DNA of 41,983 nt from a virus (lineage: Duplodnaviria; Caudoviricetes): IMG/VR virus record IMGVR_UViG_3300021086_000009, positions 1-41,983 of that record; one strand, 5' to 3'. Positions 18,001-27,658 of the stretch are shown here, piece by piece (position 1 is the first letter of the stretch; each line of letters begins with the position of its first letter). The notes beneath the pieces were generated by a model. It had not been told where the DNA came from. It saw nothing but the letters and a program-made list of their open reading frames with translations, and did not search any database. The position numbers were made by a program, and so were the translations under genes.

Positions 18001-18861
18001 ATGTCAGAAGAAGCAACTCTGAGAGACGTAACAGTTCCGCCGGATTCTTCGGACGCTGCCGAGCCGAAGAAAGCAGCGGAGCCTGCTAAGGAACAGCCCA
18101 TCGAGGTCAAAGACCCCGGTGACGCTGAAGCTGTTGAGATTGGCCGCATTCTTTTGAATAGCGGCTACTCGAAAGCGCAAATCAACGATCTGATGCAGTC
18201 ACCACAACAACTGCACAGTATCCGCGCTTTGCTCGACAGTGATCCGAAGCAGTTTATGAAGCAGTACGCCCTGACCAATCCCGCTGGCGCAGAAAAAATG
18301 CGCGACGTGATCGCCGAGGAATACGTTGAACTTCACGGCACCAGGGACGAAGGCAAGAAGCCAGCAGACGGCAAGGCCCCAGACTCCGCATTGATGGGCG
18401 AAGTCGCGGCACTCCGCGAAAAAGTTACCGGGTTTGAGAGCAGGGAGCAACAGCGTGCAAGCGCTGCGGCGATGGCCTCGACTCGGCAGCGTTACGATTC
18501 GCGCGTGGATGATTTCTTTGGACAGGAAGGCGTCAAGAGCCTTGGACTGAATAAGTCAGAGCAGGCGGGAGTTCGCGCTTTGCTCGACAAGGAACTTGCA
18601 TCTGACCAAACGGCTGTCCAGCGCGTCTCTAACGGCAATTTCGTGGATGTGGCCCCGGCGTTCAAGCGCATCATTGAAGGGTGGGCCTCCGATAGGAAAG
18701 CGGCCGCTGAAGCGGACCGCAAACAGCGTGATAACGTGCAGGCTGGCGCAAGCTTTACATTCCCTGGCGGGCCAAACCCGCTCGACATTCCGGCAGCGGT
18801 AAGTGAAAGCTGGGATGCCACAGAGGATGCGTTCGCCAAAGCCCTGCAAAACGCGCGCTAA
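18001..18861 (+). CDS. capsid scaffolding protein
   Basis: AGGAG RBS; acidic, coiled; directly before the capsid gene. Confidence 0.75.
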   Translation: MSEEATLRDVTVPPDSSDAAEPKKAAEPAKEQPIEVKDPGDAEAVEIGRILLNSGYSKAQINDLMQSPQQLHSIRALLDSDPKQFMKQYALTNPAGAEKMRDVIAEEYVELHGTRDEGKKPADGKAPDSALMGEVAALREKVTGFESREQQRASAAAMASTRQRYDSRVDDFFGQEGVKSLGLNKSEQAGVRALLDKELASDQTAVQRVSNGNFVDVAPAFKRIIEGWASDRKAAAEADRKQRDNVQAGASFTFPGGPNPLDIPAAVSESWDATEDAFAKALQNAR

Positions 18862-18876
18862 AAACAGGGTAACACC

Positions 18877-20157
18877 ATCGCAGTTTTCAACCTGACGGCC
18901 GCAGCGCCGTTGATGAAGATTTTCTTTAACCCCCGAATTTCAAAGCAGTTCAACAGCGCAGCCGTTCTCTGGAACCGCTACGCGGATGGCAAGGGCATTC
19001 CGATCTCGAACAGAGGTATGGAAATCCCGACCCACCTGAATCCCAACGCCAACTTTGACTGGTTCTCTGACGGCGGCACGCTGCCTACGGGCGGCTCGGA
19101 AGCGCTGGCCTCCGCGCTTGTTTCCTTCTTCAGCTTCGTCGAAGCGGTGCAGTTGACTGGCGCGGCGCTCGATTCTGCCGGCAATGATGCGGTGACGTAT
19201 GCACGCGCGCTGGCTTTCAACATCAAGATGGCGACGATCAACGCCATCAAGTACCTCAACGTGTACTCGTTTTTGGATGGCACAGGCGCTCTGGCCACGT
19301 TGGGCACCGCGGTACTGACTTCCACTACGGTCAACGCTACGCTGGTGGCTTCGGGCTCCATCGAAGGTACGCACTGGCTGCGGCCTGGTATGACGGTGGC
19401 CGTCCACAACGGCTCATCGTCCACCGTGCGCGGTACGGGAACCATCGTGTCCATGACGGGTGCGATTGAAGATGCCACGCAAACCAGCTTTGTGATTGGC
19501 CCGACAAACGTAGCCTTCACGACCGCCTCCGGCGACATCATTACCGTGACGGCCTCGACGGGCGCATCGGACTCTTTCAACAACGTCATCAGTGGCCTGA
19601 AGTTCATCGTGGACAACGGCACCATCGCTTCCACGTTCCAGAACATCAACCGCTCAACCAACCCGCAATACAACGCCGGCGTGATTTCGCTTTCCGGCTC
19701 TCCGGCACTTGCGCGAGATCACTTGCGCAGAATGCTGGCGACCGTGCAGATTTTGCAAGGCCGCGTCTCCCCGAGTTTGGAGTTTTTGAGCCATCCTTCC
19801 CAGCTTCATGCCTACATGGATATGGGCTGGACGCTCAAGCGCTTCAACGACGCCAACAAGAAACTGGACTTGGGCTACACCGCCGTCGAGTGGGAAGGCT
19901 TCCCGTGGATTATCGACACGGATTGCCCGAAAGACCACATCTTCGCGGTAGACCGCGACGTGCTTTTCAAGGTCGTGGCGCGCGAACTCAGCTTCGATGA
20001 CCGCACGGGCTCGATTCTGCGTCAGGTTCCATCCTCAACTGCTGGGCAGTACACCGACGCGTTTGTGGCCTACCTGATCTTCCGTGGGAACCTTGGGACC
20101 TACGTTCCAAACGCCCACGTCAAATCACTCGGCTTCTCAGTGCCGACTGGATACTAA
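18877..20157 (+). CDS. major capsid protein; probable ATC start at 18877
   Basis: ~426 aa after the scaffold; HK97-like C-terminus (WEGFPWIIDTDCPKD...GNLGTYVPNAH); strong codon bias. Confidence 0.85.
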   Translation: MAVFNLTAAAPLMKIFFNPRISKQFNSAAVLWNRYADGKGIPISNRGMEIPTHLNPNANFDWFSDGGTLPTGGSEALASALVSFFSFVEAVQLTGAALDSAGNDAVTYARALAFNIKMATINAIKYLNVYSFLDGTGALATLGTAVLTSTTVNATLVASGSIEGTHWLRPGMTVAVHNGSSSTVRGTGTIVSMTGAIEDATQTSFVIGPTNVAFTTASGDIITVTASTGASDSFNNVISGLKFIVDNGTIASTFQNINRSTNPQYNAGVISLSGSPALARDHLRRMLATVQILQGRVSPSLEFLSHPSQLHAYMDMGWTLKRFNDANKKLDLGYTAVEWEGFPWIIDTDCPKDHIFAVDRDVLFKVVARELSFDDRTGSILRQVPSSTAGQYTDAFVAYLIFRGNLGTYVPNAHVKSLGFSVPTGY

Positions 20158-20168
20158 AAGGAGAAAAT

Positions 20169-20327
20169 ATGGCACCCAAACTTGATCCCGATATTTACGG
20201 CAACGACCCGCAAGGCGCAGCCGACAAAATCGACACCAAGCTCAGTGTTCCCGATCCTACGCTCGACGTGAACGGCGAGACAGACTCGCGCGCGAAAAGC
20301 GAAGGGAATCACGGAAAGCAGGGATAA
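20169..20327 (+). CDS. small acidic protein (52 aa, not in ORF track)
   Basis: AGGAG RBS; MAPKLDPDIYGNDPQG... Confidence 0.65.
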   Translation: MAPKLDPDIYGNDPQGAADKIDTKLSVPDPTLDVNGETDSRAKSEGNHGKQG

Positions 20328-20330
20328 CGA

Positions 20331-20696
20331 ATGGCTGCCTCATTCGCTACGCGCGCTCCCGGCGAGGGCTTCAACCCTTGGAAGGTTCCCGGCGCATACT
20401 TCGATGCCATTGTCGAAGTGACTGGAGACTCCAGCTATCCTACTGGCGGCTATCCATTCACTGCGACACAGCTCAATACGCTAACTGGCGGGGCCTTCTC
20501 CATGATTGAGTCAGTGGAAGTGGTCAACCCCTGGGACAGCACCACGACTTCTTTCATGGCCGTGTGGATAAAGTCCACCAACAAGATAGCGGCTCGCGCG
20601 CAAGCTGTAGCCGGCGCTGCCACTGCCCAGGTCGATGTGACTGCCACGACCAACCTATCAACCTTTACCTGCTCCCTGAGAGTGAGGGCGCACTAG
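20331..20696 (+). CDS. head decoration/cement-like protein
   Basis: GDSSYPTGG motif and TNLS terminal strand; follows the capsid gene. Confidence 0.65.
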   Translation: MAASFATRAPGEGFNPWKVPGAYFDAIVEVTGDSSYPTGGYPFTATQLNTLTGGAFSMIESVEVVNPWDSTTTSFMAVWIKSTNKIAARAQAVAGAATAQVDVTATTNLSTFTCSLRVRAH

Positions 20697-21007
20697 TGGG
20701 CCGCGACAGCAACATCTATGGAGCGGACGACAACAACTTCGCGGAGGGCGTTGCCTCTGACGCCCTCTCGAATACCGCAGGCTCCTATACTTGGGGGCCA
20801 TTGAAAGACTCCCGCGCCGATTCCTGGGATGGGACAAAAGACCCGCAGGAAGGCGACCCGGATGTATTGCCCGCAAACAAGGCTGGAGCCGGTAGCGACG
20901 GCAAGATGGACTGGAATTACGATGCCAAGTTGCCGCGCCACAGAAAAGTAGATGTGTCGAGCGAGGACGGGAAGTACACGCCTCCCAAACGATTTTCGGG
21001 TAAATAA
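20696..21007 (+). CDS. acidic low-complexity protein
   Basis: TAGTG coupling, GAGGG RBS; D/G-rich. Confidence 0.6.
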   Translation: MGRDSNIYGADDNNFAEGVASDALSNTAGSYTWGPLKDSRADSWDGTKDPQEGDPDVLPANKAGAGSDGKMDWNYDAKLPRHRKVDVSSEDGKYTPPKRFSGK

Positions 21008-21439
21008 ATGGCAGCCTCCATTAAAAACACGTTGACTCCCGCTGGGGCAGTTGTTCCAACCCTAGTCACTAAGCTGACGCGCGGGAAGCCAGCGAATCTT
21101 GGAACGATTGTGGCTGCCGGTGATGCGGTGGCTTTTACGGTCCCTGAACCAAGTAGGGACCATCAGGGGTTTTTGGTTATTCAACTCTCCGGTGGCACCA
21201 CGCCAACGCCAGTTCTTGAGGCCAGTTTGGACGGCGGAGCAACCTGGTTCACATTCCCGACAGTGGTAACTGTAGGCGTTTTCTTCCCCTACGCCATAAC
21301 TGGGCAAATCGGCGGCGATGCCGCTGCCACATTTGGCGGGCAATACAACGTTTCCGGACACGGCGCGGGAACGATATTTCGTTTCGGTAGAACGGATGCC
21401 GGTGGCGGCAATGCTGTCGTGTGGGCGTTCGTTGGCTAA
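21008..21439 (+). CDS. beta-rich virion protein
   Basis: VLEASLDGGATWF motif. Confidence 0.65.
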   Translation: MAASIKNTLTPAGAVVPTLVTKLTRGKPANLGTIVAAGDAVAFTVPEPSRDHQGFLVIQLSGGTTPTPVLEASLDGGATWFTFPTVVTVGVFFPYAITGQIGGDAAATFGGQYNVSGHGAGTIFRFGRTDAGGGNAVVWAFVG

Positions 21440-21701
21440 AGCTGTGAGCGGTGAGCAGGGCTGGCGTGAAGCTTCCGATCCCAAGAATCCGCGCTACTCC
21501 CAAAAGCAGAACGAAATTAAGCGTCTGGTGGGCGGCTATAAGGCCAAGCAGGACGCGGTGAAAGAGAAGTTCGAGCAGAACATGGAAGCCGATTATTTCG
21601 ACGCCGCTCTCGAAGTAGCCAACCGGATGCAGGGCAATTTCAAGATGGGTTATTCACGGGCTTACGCAAGGAATTTCGAGAAAGCGTTTGGAGGAAACTG
21701 A
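21432..21701 (+). CDS. hypothetical protein; start uncertain
   Basis: Fills the gap; ends YARNFEKAF. Confidence 0.55.
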   Translation: MAKAVSGEQGWREASDPKNPRYSQKQNEIKRLVGGYKAKQDAVKEKFEQNMEADYFDAALEVANRMQGNFKMGYSRAYARNFEKAFGGN

Positions 21702-21702
21702 A

Positions 21703-22332
21703 ATGCCGCCAAGTTACTACATCTATTCGAGCGAATCGTTGCCTAACCCAGAAATGATGGGCAAGGCTGGATACACGCCTGATTCTGAATGGATAGGCTA
21801 TGCGGGGTTCCGCATGGGAGTGTTGCCCAAAAATGCGTGGGTAAAAATGCCCGACAAGGATCGCCAGCTTCATCACACCAGTTGGCTTGACCGCAAGGGG
21901 ACGACAACCGTTCTGTATATCGACGAAATCGTCAATCATATTCGCAACAAGCCTATATTTTTGGGCGACCAGCAGGTCACGCTAGAAAGTCGTGGCGTGT
22001 TCATTGTGGATCACGAACCAACAGGAGAAGAAAAGGTTCGACTGGAAAAAGAATCCAAGGAAGCCAATCTCGCCTTCCGCATGAAGTGTGTGGAATGGTT
22101 TGAGAATCAGGTGCGCGAAAAAGAAGTCACTGGGCACGGCCGCACAAGGCCCACGCCTTACGAGAATGAGTGTTACGAGATTCTGGGCCTCACCAAGCCC
22201 TACTCCGTCGAAGCCATGCGTGCGCAGCGTCATCCTGGCGAAGCGGTAGGCGAACAGATCGTCGCCGCACTCGACCGGCTGGAGCAGCGCCGCAACGCAG
22301 AAAAGCCAGAGAAGGCCGCGAAGGTTATCTAA
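21703..22332 (+). CDS. hypothetical protein (possible assembly factor)
   Basis: GGAGG RBS before ATG 21703. Confidence 0.7.
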   Translation: MPPSYYIYSSESLPNPEMMGKAGYTPDSEWIGYAGFRMGVLPKNAWVKMPDKDRQLHHTSWLDRKGTTTVLYIDEIVNHIRNKPIFLGDQQVTLESRGVFIVDHEPTGEEKVRLEKESKEANLAFRMKCVEWFENQVREKEVTGHGRTRPTPYENECYEILGLTKPYSVEAMRAQRHPGEAVGEQIVAALDRLEQRRNAEKPEKAAKVI

Positions 22333-22336
22333 CTAA

Positions 22337-23350
22337 ATGCCAGTAGTCCAGCAGGCCCCAGCGCTTGTCTCTCCTCCGACAAACGCTTTCGGGCTTGTCC
22401 AATTCATTGCGCAGCGCGTGCCCGGATACGATTTTTCCGAGTACTTGCGCGAAATCAATTCCGCCTACATTCACGTCTGGGAAGAAGTTTCTAAGCTCAA
22501 GAATCACTATTTCACGAACATAAAAACGGTGACGGTTGCCAAGGCGCAATTCAGCTACGACTTCATGTTTAACGCGGATGCAGGGCTTTCCGCCCCGGTA
22601 AGCAGCAGGCTCTACCAGATCACGCGCATTCGCGTGCTGCCTCCCTCTGGCGGTTTGTTCCAGATGACGCGCTCGATGACGCCAAACGATCCCGATTTTG
22701 TTTCCCTCGGCGCGAATCCGACTTCAACGCCAACACAGACTGGACCGTACTACTGGTGGCTCAACGGCAGAAACAACGTGAACTGGGCGCTTCCGCTGGC
22801 GGTCAACACTCAGCTCGAAGTGACCTACACGTTTTGGCCCTTGTCGCTCGCTTATTTGTTTAGCGGCAGCGTCTCTTCTGCGGGGGCGGCGGTTACCGGA
22901 ACGAATACCAATTTCACGCAACTGCTTCAGCCTGACTTTCAGGGCGCGCTGCCGACTGTCGCGACGCAGGAAGAGCTACAGGCGGAGTTAATCGTAGGCG
23001 GCCAAACTGGCGGACCCAATCAAATCTATCGCGTGGTGACGATCACGAGCGATACGGCGCTCACTACACAAACGGCCATTGCTCCCGCCCTAGCTGCGGG
23101 GTCGTCTTACGTCCTATCAGCCCTGCCGGAGATTCCACGCGAGCATATTCGCGTCATCGGCTCAATCTCCGTAGCCAAGATGTATTCCTTGGCAGGCGAC
23201 GATTCGCGTGTCAATGAGTGGACGGCCATTTCCACAAGCAACATGCAGATGATGAAGGACTCGCTCATCGAGCGGCAAAGCAACAATCCGCCAACGAAAC
23301 AGAGATTCCCTTACGGAGTAGGAAGGCGTAACCGAGCCTTTTTGAGATAA
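22337..23350 (+). CDS. head-tail adaptor-like protein with inserted beta domain
   Basis: Helical N- and C-termini (YLREINSAY; PEIPREHIRVI) around a beta-rich middle; position. Confidence 0.6.
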   Translation: MPVVQQAPALVSPPTNAFGLVQFIAQRVPGYDFSEYLREINSAYIHVWEEVSKLKNHYFTNIKTVTVAKAQFSYDFMFNADAGLSAPVSSRLYQITRIRVLPPSGGLFQMTRSMTPNDPDFVSLGANPTSTPTQTGPYYWWLNGRNNVNWALPLAVNTQLEVTYTFWPLSLAYLFSGSVSSAGAAVTGTNTNFTQLLQPDFQGALPTVATQEELQAELIVGGQTGGPNQIYRVVTITSDTALTTQTAIAPALAAGSSYVLSALPEIPREHIRVIGSISVAKMYSLAGDDSRVNEWTAISTSNMQMMKDSLIERQSNNPPTKQRFPYGVGRRNRAFLR

Positions 23351-26323
23351 ATGGGACAACGCGCTCCGGTAAAACAAGAAGCGCCAGCCGACGTACTCGC
23401 CAGCATGAATCTTGGCTACAACGGCTACACCGATCCCACGCTCACCAATCCGCGGCAATGGATTGCGGGAACCAATGCCTTTTCGGGAGCATTCGGATAT
23501 ATCCAGCGCGCGCGATTTGCGAATGTCGTAGTCGGCGGCACCCCAGTAGCAACTGTCGTGGCGGGAACGGGCGGGGCCTCCACGACGGCTACAACCGTCA
23601 CCATTAACACCGTGGCCGCGCACGGGCTAACTCCGGGTCAGACAGTTATCATCTACGGCGTAAATATCAACCAGTCGAGCGGGGCCACGACCACAGTCAA
23701 TGGCACGTTCGTTGTAGCGACTACGCCCAGCGCAACGCAATTTACTTACAACGGCACGTTTATAGCGGGATTGCTGGGCGGTGGCGGAAGCGTCTATTTA
23801 GCTTACCCAGCACAGTCTCTCCCTTTTACCACTCTAAAGTATTTCGCATTGCCCAGCCTGAGCACGTATCTCATGGGCGACAGCAACGGAAAGCTATGGT
23901 CTTTCAATGCCGGTGCAAACTATTTGCCCCAGCAGAGATTTAATCCTTACGTTGACCCGCAAGGCTTTGGCGTAGCATCGCTAAACGGTCCTTGGTCCCG
24001 CGAGGCGCTGCAAAACATTCTCTACGAGATGAATGGGACGGTTAAGCAGGCAGGCCGTGGCGCAAATGCAGCAACCGTTGAAGGATTCGGATTAGATGCA
24101 CCAGATGTTTCTCCGCAAGTGGTAATCAGTGCAGGCTCCAGCCAAACCATAACGAATATCCAGCGCAACAACGGCACCGTGACGGTAACGCTGGCTGGTG
24201 CTCTGACCGTTCCTGGCGGCAACGGGATTGGCATGGTAAACGTCGCCATCACTGCCGGAGATGCCAGCTTCAACGGAACCTTTGTTGTACTGACCGGCTC
24301 TGGCACGGCAACGCTCACTTGGGCGCAGTCGGGGCTAAATACTACGCTGCTGACACCTACCGGGACAGTCAACGTCAGCATCACAAAATCCGTTGGCCGC
24401 TCCTATGCTTATGCTTGGGAGAATGCCAACAAGTCACACGTCGGAGCTCCATCGCCGGTTACGCAATTCATCGCTTACGCTGCGCAGAACGGCCAAGTGC
24501 AGTGCATTGAGCAAGGCACGGCGCAGACCACATTGAGTTCTACGAACGTGGTGGGCACGGGAACAGCTTTTACCTCTGCGTGGGTAGGCCGCTCGCTGTA
24601 CGTTAATGGCAATTTCGGACCAATCGCTTCCGTGCAGAGCGCTACCCAGTTGACGCTTCTAACGGCAGCCGGTGGGTCCAACAATAACAATTTCCAAGTA
24701 TTCGACCCGCAAGCGACACATATCCGTCTTTACGAAACAGCTGACGGCGGAGCTACGTACTTCCGCACGCAGCGCAATGCTTTTAATCCCAATGTGGCAC
24801 TAGCTAGCTCAGGATTGGTTTTCTTCGACAACGCGCAAGCGGAACCTCCAAACTTTCCATTCACCACGGAAGTCAGCCAGCTTTACAACGTACCGCCTCC
24901 CGTGGGTGCATTCCTAAAGGAATACCAGGGCAGGTTATTGACCTTCGGCGGGACAATCCCCGGCCAAACGTTTTTCTTCACCAACGTGGAATCGACTACG
25001 ACGGGACTTCCGCAAGAGTCTTGCGCGCCGCTCAATCAAGTTACATTGCCGATACAAAACGCAAACATCTCAGGCATGGCCGATTTGCCCGGTTCGCTCA
25101 TCATTTGGAGCGACAAGCACGATATGTTCCGGCTCACGGGCCTGCTGAGCGACAACACGCCGCTAGGACTTGGAGCAACTAACACCGCGTCAGGGCTCGG
25201 AACACAGATTACAGCGCTTCCGTATTCACTTGGCTGCGCGAATCCGTTTGCCGTCGTAGTGACACCGCTCGGAGCCATCTGGGTTACGAGCAACCGCGAA
25301 CTGTGGCTCTATACGGACAAGTATGCGCCGCGAAACATCGGCCGGCCGATTCAAGACATCCTCAGCAACATCCTGCCCACGCAGATGCCTAATATCAGAC
25401 TGACCTACTACCACTCGCTCAACCGGAACTGGGTAGCGATTGGCTTGGTGAATGGGGCGGGGCAAAACAACGTACTCATCAACCTCGACTTGGACCTCTT
25501 GGCTTCGAACGGGCAGCCGTCTTTCTTCACTTTCGATATGGCGACGAATCACCCGGCATTCTGGGTCTACTCCATCAACTGCCCGGCGCTGGAAGTGGTC
25601 TATGAATCTGGCGGGAATGTGCGCCTACTGACCGGCTCGACAGACCTGATTCAGGATGCCGACTACCAGACCGGGCTATTCGGCACGGAGATTCCTGTAG
25701 CCGGAGCGGGATTCACTACGCACGCATGGGGCAACGACTCCGCGCCAGTCCTGAAGCGTCCTACATGGCTGCGCTTCAACACCAATCGTGATCCATCCGT
25801 ACTTGCCAATGAAACAGTAGTGGGTATCTCTTCTATTTCTCGCTCTGCGAATCTTGTCACCGTGACCACCACCGCAGCGCATGGCTTAGTGGCAAATCAG
25901 ATTGCCTTCGTCGCTGGCGTAACGGACATCACGTACAACGGCACGCAGCAAGTCAACACCGTTCCGACCGCAACGAGTTTCACTTACATACAAAAGGGAA
26001 GCAATTCCAGCAGCTCTGGCGGAACCGTTTCCTTTGGTTGGAGCTTCGCCGCGCGTGGGATTGACGACGACTTCTACACGTTCAACACGCCACTGACACT
26101 GAATCTTACGCCCGGAGTAAATGACACTTCATCGCTCTGCGGGAATCCCAACCTATCGAGTGGAGAGGCTTTCAGGCATTCACCGGAACTCTTCCGCATC
26201 GGTGGCGTGAACTTTGTTATGGGCCGCAGGATTCAGTTTCAAGTCAATTTCCCAAGCGGCACAGGCGTTAACTATGCCTTCCGCAGCATACAGATAGGAT
26301 TCGGGCCAACCCCACCACGATGA
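23351..26323 (+). CDS. tail hub/stabilisation protein (podovirus) with repeated beta modules
   Basis: 990 aa; propeller-like C-half (YQGRLLTFG, SLIIWS, LGCANPFAVVVTPLGAIWV); two AAHGL..NGT..V..PxATxFTY modules. Confidence 0.7.
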   Translation: MGQRAPVKQEAPADVLASMNLGYNGYTDPTLTNPRQWIAGTNAFSGAFGYIQRARFANVVVGGTPVATVVAGTGGASTTATTVTINTVAAHGLTPGQTVIIYGVNINQSSGATTTVNGTFVVATTPSATQFTYNGTFIAGLLGGGGSVYLAYPAQSLPFTTLKYFALPSLSTYLMGDSNGKLWSFNAGANYLPQQRFNPYVDPQGFGVASLNGPWSREALQNILYEMNGTVKQAGRGANAATVEGFGLDAPDVSPQVVISAGSSQTITNIQRNNGTVTVTLAGALTVPGGNGIGMVNVAITAGDASFNGTFVVLTGSGTATLTWAQSGLNTTLLTPTGTVNVSITKSVGRSYAYAWENANKSHVGAPSPVTQFIAYAAQNGQVQCIEQGTAQTTLSSTNVVGTGTAFTSAWVGRSLYVNGNFGPIASVQSATQLTLLTAAGGSNNNNFQVFDPQATHIRLYETADGGATYFRTQRNAFNPNVALASSGLVFFDNAQAEPPNFPFTTEVSQLYNVPPPVGAFLKEYQGRLLTFGGTIPGQTFFFTNVESTTTGLPQESCAPLNQVTLPIQNANISGMADLPGSLIIWSDKHDMFRLTGLLSDNTPLGLGATNTASGLGTQITALPYSLGCANPFAVVVTPLGAIWVTSNRELWLYTDKYAPRNIGRPIQDILSNILPTQMPNIRLTYYHSLNRNWVAIGLVNGAGQNNVLINLDLDLLASNGQPSFFTFDMATNHPAFWVYSINCPALEVVYESGGNVRLLTGSTDLIQDADYQTGLFGTEIPVAGAGFTTHAWGNDSAPVLKRPTWLRFNTNRDPSVLANETVVGISSISRSANLVTVTTTAAHGLVANQIAFVAGVTDITYNGTQQVNTVPTATSFTYIQKGSNSSSSGGTVSFGWSFAARGIDDDFYTFNTPLTLNLTPGVNDTSSLCGNPNLSSGEAFRHSPELFRIGGVNFVMGRRIQFQVNFPSGTGVNYAFRSIQIGFGPTPPR

Positions 26324-26895
26324 GCACAACATTCAATCCCATGTCCGTGATGATGGGCAAGCCGTCGAATCCGCTACAGCCGTACATTTCGCGTTCGCCC
26401 GTAGACGGGCCGAAGAATCCATTAAGGCCGGGGCAGGAAGGCTCCGCGCCGGGGAATCTCATTCCTCCGCATGGGACGAAACCTACGAATCCATTACTGC
26501 CGGGGCAGGAGCGGTCAGGACCAGCGCAACCATCCGCGCCAAGTACAACACTGGGACCGGAATCGGTGCGAGCTACGGGCACGGGGCCATTCGATGACAC
26601 CTATCGACAGAATCTTGCGACTTTCGCCGGAGGGTTGTTTGGGCGTCCGGGGGGAATGCTGGGTTTCAATCCGACGAGCAATCAGCCTTTCGGCGGAGCG
26701 CAAGTAGGCGGAGGAAACGCACCGCTATTTGGAATGCCATCCACGCAGAATCAGATGGCGCTCGGCGGAAATCCTTTTAGCTTCACTCCGCCAGTCGCGC
26801 AACAGCAGAACGCCTCACCGGGAATAATGACGATGAGTGATTGGCTGAAACAGTTCACAAGCCAAGGCCGCAACCTGAAAGCAAACTTCACATGA
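26320..26895 (+). CDS. P/G-rich internal virion (ejection-like) protein
   Basis: ATGA coupling; NPLxPGQE repeats. Confidence 0.6.
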   Translation: MSTTFNPMSVMMGKPSNPLQPYISRSPVDGPKNPLRPGQEGSAPGNLIPPHGTKPTNPLLPGQERSGPAQPSAPSTTLGPESVRATGTGPFDDTYRQNLATFAGGLFGRPGGMLGFNPTSNQPFGGAQVGGGNAPLFGMPSTQNQMALGGNPFSFTPPVAQQQNASPGIMTMSDWLKQFTSQGRNLKANFT

Positions 26896-27653
26896 GCACT
26901 TTGCCTAATCCTTTAACCGGACAGAATGCGCAGAATCCGCTCGGCTGGCCCGGACAGACGGGTACGAACATGCCACCGTCTACGACCAGCGGGCCATCTG
27001 TGCCCGGCTCACCTACGTTGCTAGGTACTCCTACGGGTCCAGTGACAGGTCCGCCGCAGGGACAGTGGGGGAATCCTGGCGGGTTAGATAATCCAAACTC
27101 GAATATCAAAGACATTGCCAGAAATGCAGGCGTGCTCAACGTCGAGCAGGGGCAGCTACGCAACAACCTCATTCCTCAGTTTGCCAACATGATGTTTGGC
27201 TTGACTGGCCCCGCCGCTGACTTTTTCAAGCAACTGATGAATCTCGGCTCACCCTACTACAAAGAACAGCAAAGAGCTTCTTTCGAGCAGGGCACGCAGC
27301 AAGCGCAAAACACGGCGGCTGGGTCGAAAGATCGGCTCAACGCCGCCGGATATGGTGCCGCACCATCTGGGCTTGAGGCGGCAACTATCGGACAGGAAGC
27401 GCAAGGCGAGTCGCAAAATCTTTCGCAGACATTCCTGCAAAACCTTTTCAATAACGAGAATTTGCAGATGCAGGCTGCACAGGCAATGTCGCAAATGGCC
27501 TCCATGTTCAATCCAGCGTCTTTGTTTGGGAGCACTCCGAATCCCGGCTCAACGCAAGGGCCGACCGCGGCCAGCCAGTTTAAGGACATCATGGGCGGTT
27601 TGTTTGGCGGAGGCGGCGCTAGCATTAAAGGTTCACCAGTTCAACCAGGATAA
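26892..27653 (+). CDS. Q/G/N-rich ejection (pilot)-like protein
   Basis: ATGA coupling; composition and position typical of podovirus DNA-transfer proteins. Confidence 0.65.
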   Translation: MSTLPNPLTGQNAQNPLGWPGQTGTNMPPSTTSGPSVPGSPTLLGTPTGPVTGPPQGQWGNPGGLDNPNSNIKDIARNAGVLNVEQGQLRNNLIPQFANMMFGLTGPAADFFKQLMNLGSPYYKEQQRASFEQGTQQAQNTAAGSKDRLNAAGYGAAPSGLEAATIGQEAQGESQNLSQTFLQNLFNNENLQMQAAQAMSQMASMFNPASLFGSTPNPGSTQGPTAASQFKDIMGGLFGGGGASIKGSPVQPG

Positions 27654-27658
27654 ATCAA

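Noticed and set aside
26410-26512. Direct repeat AATCCATTA..GCCGGGGCAGGA as CRISPR or DGR repeat
   Set aside because: Only two in-frame copies encoding NPLxPGQE; no spacer array, cas gene or reverse transcriptase
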